A program made the translations under genes and the position numbers. Below, piece by piece: positions 52,682 through 54,872 of a stretch of 54,872 nt of DNA. Every line of letters starts with the position of its first letter. The first letter of the stretch is position 1. Source of the DNA: Prorocentrum cordatum (taxonomy: Eukaryota). Below the pieces are notes generated by a model. The model did no database searches. It was not told the origin of the DNA and worked only from the letters and a program-made list of their open reading frames with translations. The stretch spans positions 62,001 to 116,872 of the forward strand of contig CAUYUJ010000207.1 of assembly GCA_963575745.1 (NCBI GenBank), in the 5' to 3' direction.

Positions 52682-53914
52682 GAACCAGTCCCTCCCCGTC
52701 ATTCCCCCGCAGGCGGCCCGGCTTGGCAGGCAGCCAGCAGGCAGGCCTGGGATGACGCCAGATCGCTGCATAGCGTTCTGGGCCTCTCGATCCCTCTCCA
52801 GAGGGCCGGCTTCTCGTCTCGAGCAATCTTTTCGAAGTGCTCGGGGCCCCGCTCAATCTGTTCGAGCTGCCCGATGTCTGGGTTGGAGAAGGAGCAGGCA
52901 GGCCTGGGATGAAGGTTGATCCCTGCGCAGCGTTCTGCGGCGCTTCCAGAGCGTTTCAGAGTGCTCTGAAACGGCCGCAGGTCCATTTCGATCCAGTCGA
53001 TCCGATTCGACATCGATTTCGTCCGGCCCGATCCTAGTTTATTCCGCTATTCCGACGAGCTGATGCCGCCCGATGGTTGCATGGCGTTGTGGTGCATATT
53101 GGCGCAGCCGATCCGATGCGATTCCGACTCCGTGCCGATGCGGCCGATCCGGCTCACGTTCCGATTCGGTCCAATTTCACAATTCGATGCCAGATGTCTG
53201 GGTTGGAGAAGGAGGGGCAAGTGTGTCTGCGGCTCCATCGGTTCGGCTGTGTCGCAGTCTGCTCTCTGTCGGGTTCGGTCGATTGTTGTGTCCTGGCCTC
53301 GTCTCTGCGCCCTTCTAGGCTGGTTGTGGCCTGTCGGCTTCGGTCGATTTCGGTGTCGTTGACGGTTCGGTCGGTTTTCTTCTGTTGCATTGTCGTCGTG
53401 GATCAGGCATGCCAGGGATGAGAATGCATCGTTCCAGAGCGGTCCAGAACGATCTCAGAGCGTTCTGGAGCGCTCTGAAACGGTCGCGGCGCGCATACTC
53501 AGGACCCGCTGGCTCTCAGAGATTCCCGATGTGTCTTCATCCAGAGTTGGAGGGGTTCTCCGAAGGGCTTAGGTGACCCCTCCTCCTCTTCCTCCTCCTC
53601 CATTTCCTCTTCCCCCTCCCCCTCCTCCTCCTTCTCCTCCTCGTCCTCCTCCTCCTCCTCCTCCTCCTCCTCCTCCTCCTCCTCCTCCTCCTCCTCCTCG
53701 GGTCGCCTACGGCCCCGGCGACAACTGTGCATCCAGAGTTGTATTCGTCTTGCCTTCGTCTTGCACGAGGCTCTGAGGGCCTCAGGGGCTCCAGAACGGC
53801 GCGAGAAGATATGGGTTCCTCGGACAGGGACCGCCTTGTGTAGCCTCGAAGCTTGTGGCGCGCCGTTGATAAAACGCCGCAAGCGTTCCTGCCCCGCTTC
53901 GGCCCTCAGGACAG

Positions 53915-54030
53915 GGTCCATCCGATCCGATCGGATCGATCCGAACCGATCGGATCGAGCCGATCGGGTCCATCCGCTTCGGCCCTCAGGCCTTGTGATC
54001 CGATCGGTTCGATCCGATCCGATATCGATC
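53915..54030. repeat. (CCGAT)n-rich dispersed family
   Basis: GATCCGATCC-type runs here and at ~9655-9825, 19250-19420 and 52985-53190. Confidence 0.75.
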
Positions 54031-54739
54031 CCTCATCCCATCTTCGTCTTCGGCAGGCTTCTTGGCTGGATGGGAGGACGCGCACGGCTGAGCAGGCGGT
54101 GAGTCTGGATACACTGGAGGCGGAGAGTGAGACGGGAGTGGTGTTAGTAGGTAGTATTGTTGGCATCGCAAGCCTGACGAACTTCCTTACGGGATCTCAC
54201 GCGGTTGTCATCTTTGCGCAGGTGGGGCCTTCCGTCCATGTGCTTTCTCAGATCGAAGGTGTCTTGAAGCGACTATTGGCAGCGGCGCGTTGGTTTGGGG
54301 CCGTGCTGATGCCGCGGGTACTGCCCAGAGAGCTTCAAGAATGCCCCAAGAGGCCAACATCGTCGCAGTCCCGTGGACAAGCGCACACGTGTAGCATGCT
54401 CGCATTATCGGCCCTGAGAGCGTCCTGGACGGCCCAAGAGGCACCCCAGCTCGCCCCAAGACGGCCCAAGAGGCCCGAAGGTGGCCCCAAGATGGCTCAC
54501 TGGGGGCTCCAAGACGGGCGGTTGAAGGGCGCCGCGGGCGGTTGAGAGATACGGAGGGAAAGGTTGAGAAGTGGCAGGGATGGTATGGGAAGAGAACAAA
54601 GGGCTGAGGGCCAAGGGCTGGGCCCTGCAAAATGCCACTCGAACCGGGAAGCCGCTTTGATGGAGATGGTGAGGACGATGAACATTGTCATGCTGTTGGT
54701 GGTAATGGTGGCGGTGTGTCGGCGGCACGCCCAGAATCT

Positions 54740-54872
54740 TAAAGATCCGTCAGAATCCAGCAGAATCCCCCAGAATCCTCCAGGATCCTTATAATCCTCC
54801 AGGATCCTTCTGAATCCTCCAGAATCCTTCAGAATCCTTCAAGTCGGGGGGATTCCTCAGGATTCCTCAGGA
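54740..54872 (+). repeat. 10 bp minisatellite (AGAATCCTCC)n
   Basis: Degenerate copies running to the window end. Confidence 0.85.

Noticed and set aside
53853..54545. 230 aa ORF, or the last LSm3 exon
   Set aside because: No LFVRGD-like Sm2 motif was seen after 52221, and the ORF runs through CCGAT and family G repeats. The final exon probably lies beyond the window.

Overview
This is repeat-saturated eukaryotic genomic DNA with a 100-N scaffold gap at 21574-21673. It is probably dinoflagellate-like; that is inferred from the tiny exons, GC-AG and AG|G splice sites, very long introns and GC-rich satellites. Almost all ORFs in the track are artefacts of (GAT)n, (GTC)n, (GAG)n and GGCCTCTTGG repeats. 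The one gene I recognise with confidence is a spliceosomal LSm3, with two small exons (30035-30083 and 52144-52221) joined in frame across a ~22 kb GC-AG intron. Its remaining exons are not clearly visible. The window also holds the RNase H-like 3' end of a probable non-LTR retrotransposon (3-359), possible exons of a minus-strand gene (~8.7-10.1 kb), several MITE-like elements and at least five modular satellite families. Several of these families are built from inverted-repeat-bounded units that host expanding microsatellites. I see no CRISPR array, rRNA, tRNA or prokaryote-type system. The most unusual biology is the repeat architecture and the extreme fragmentation of the gene.
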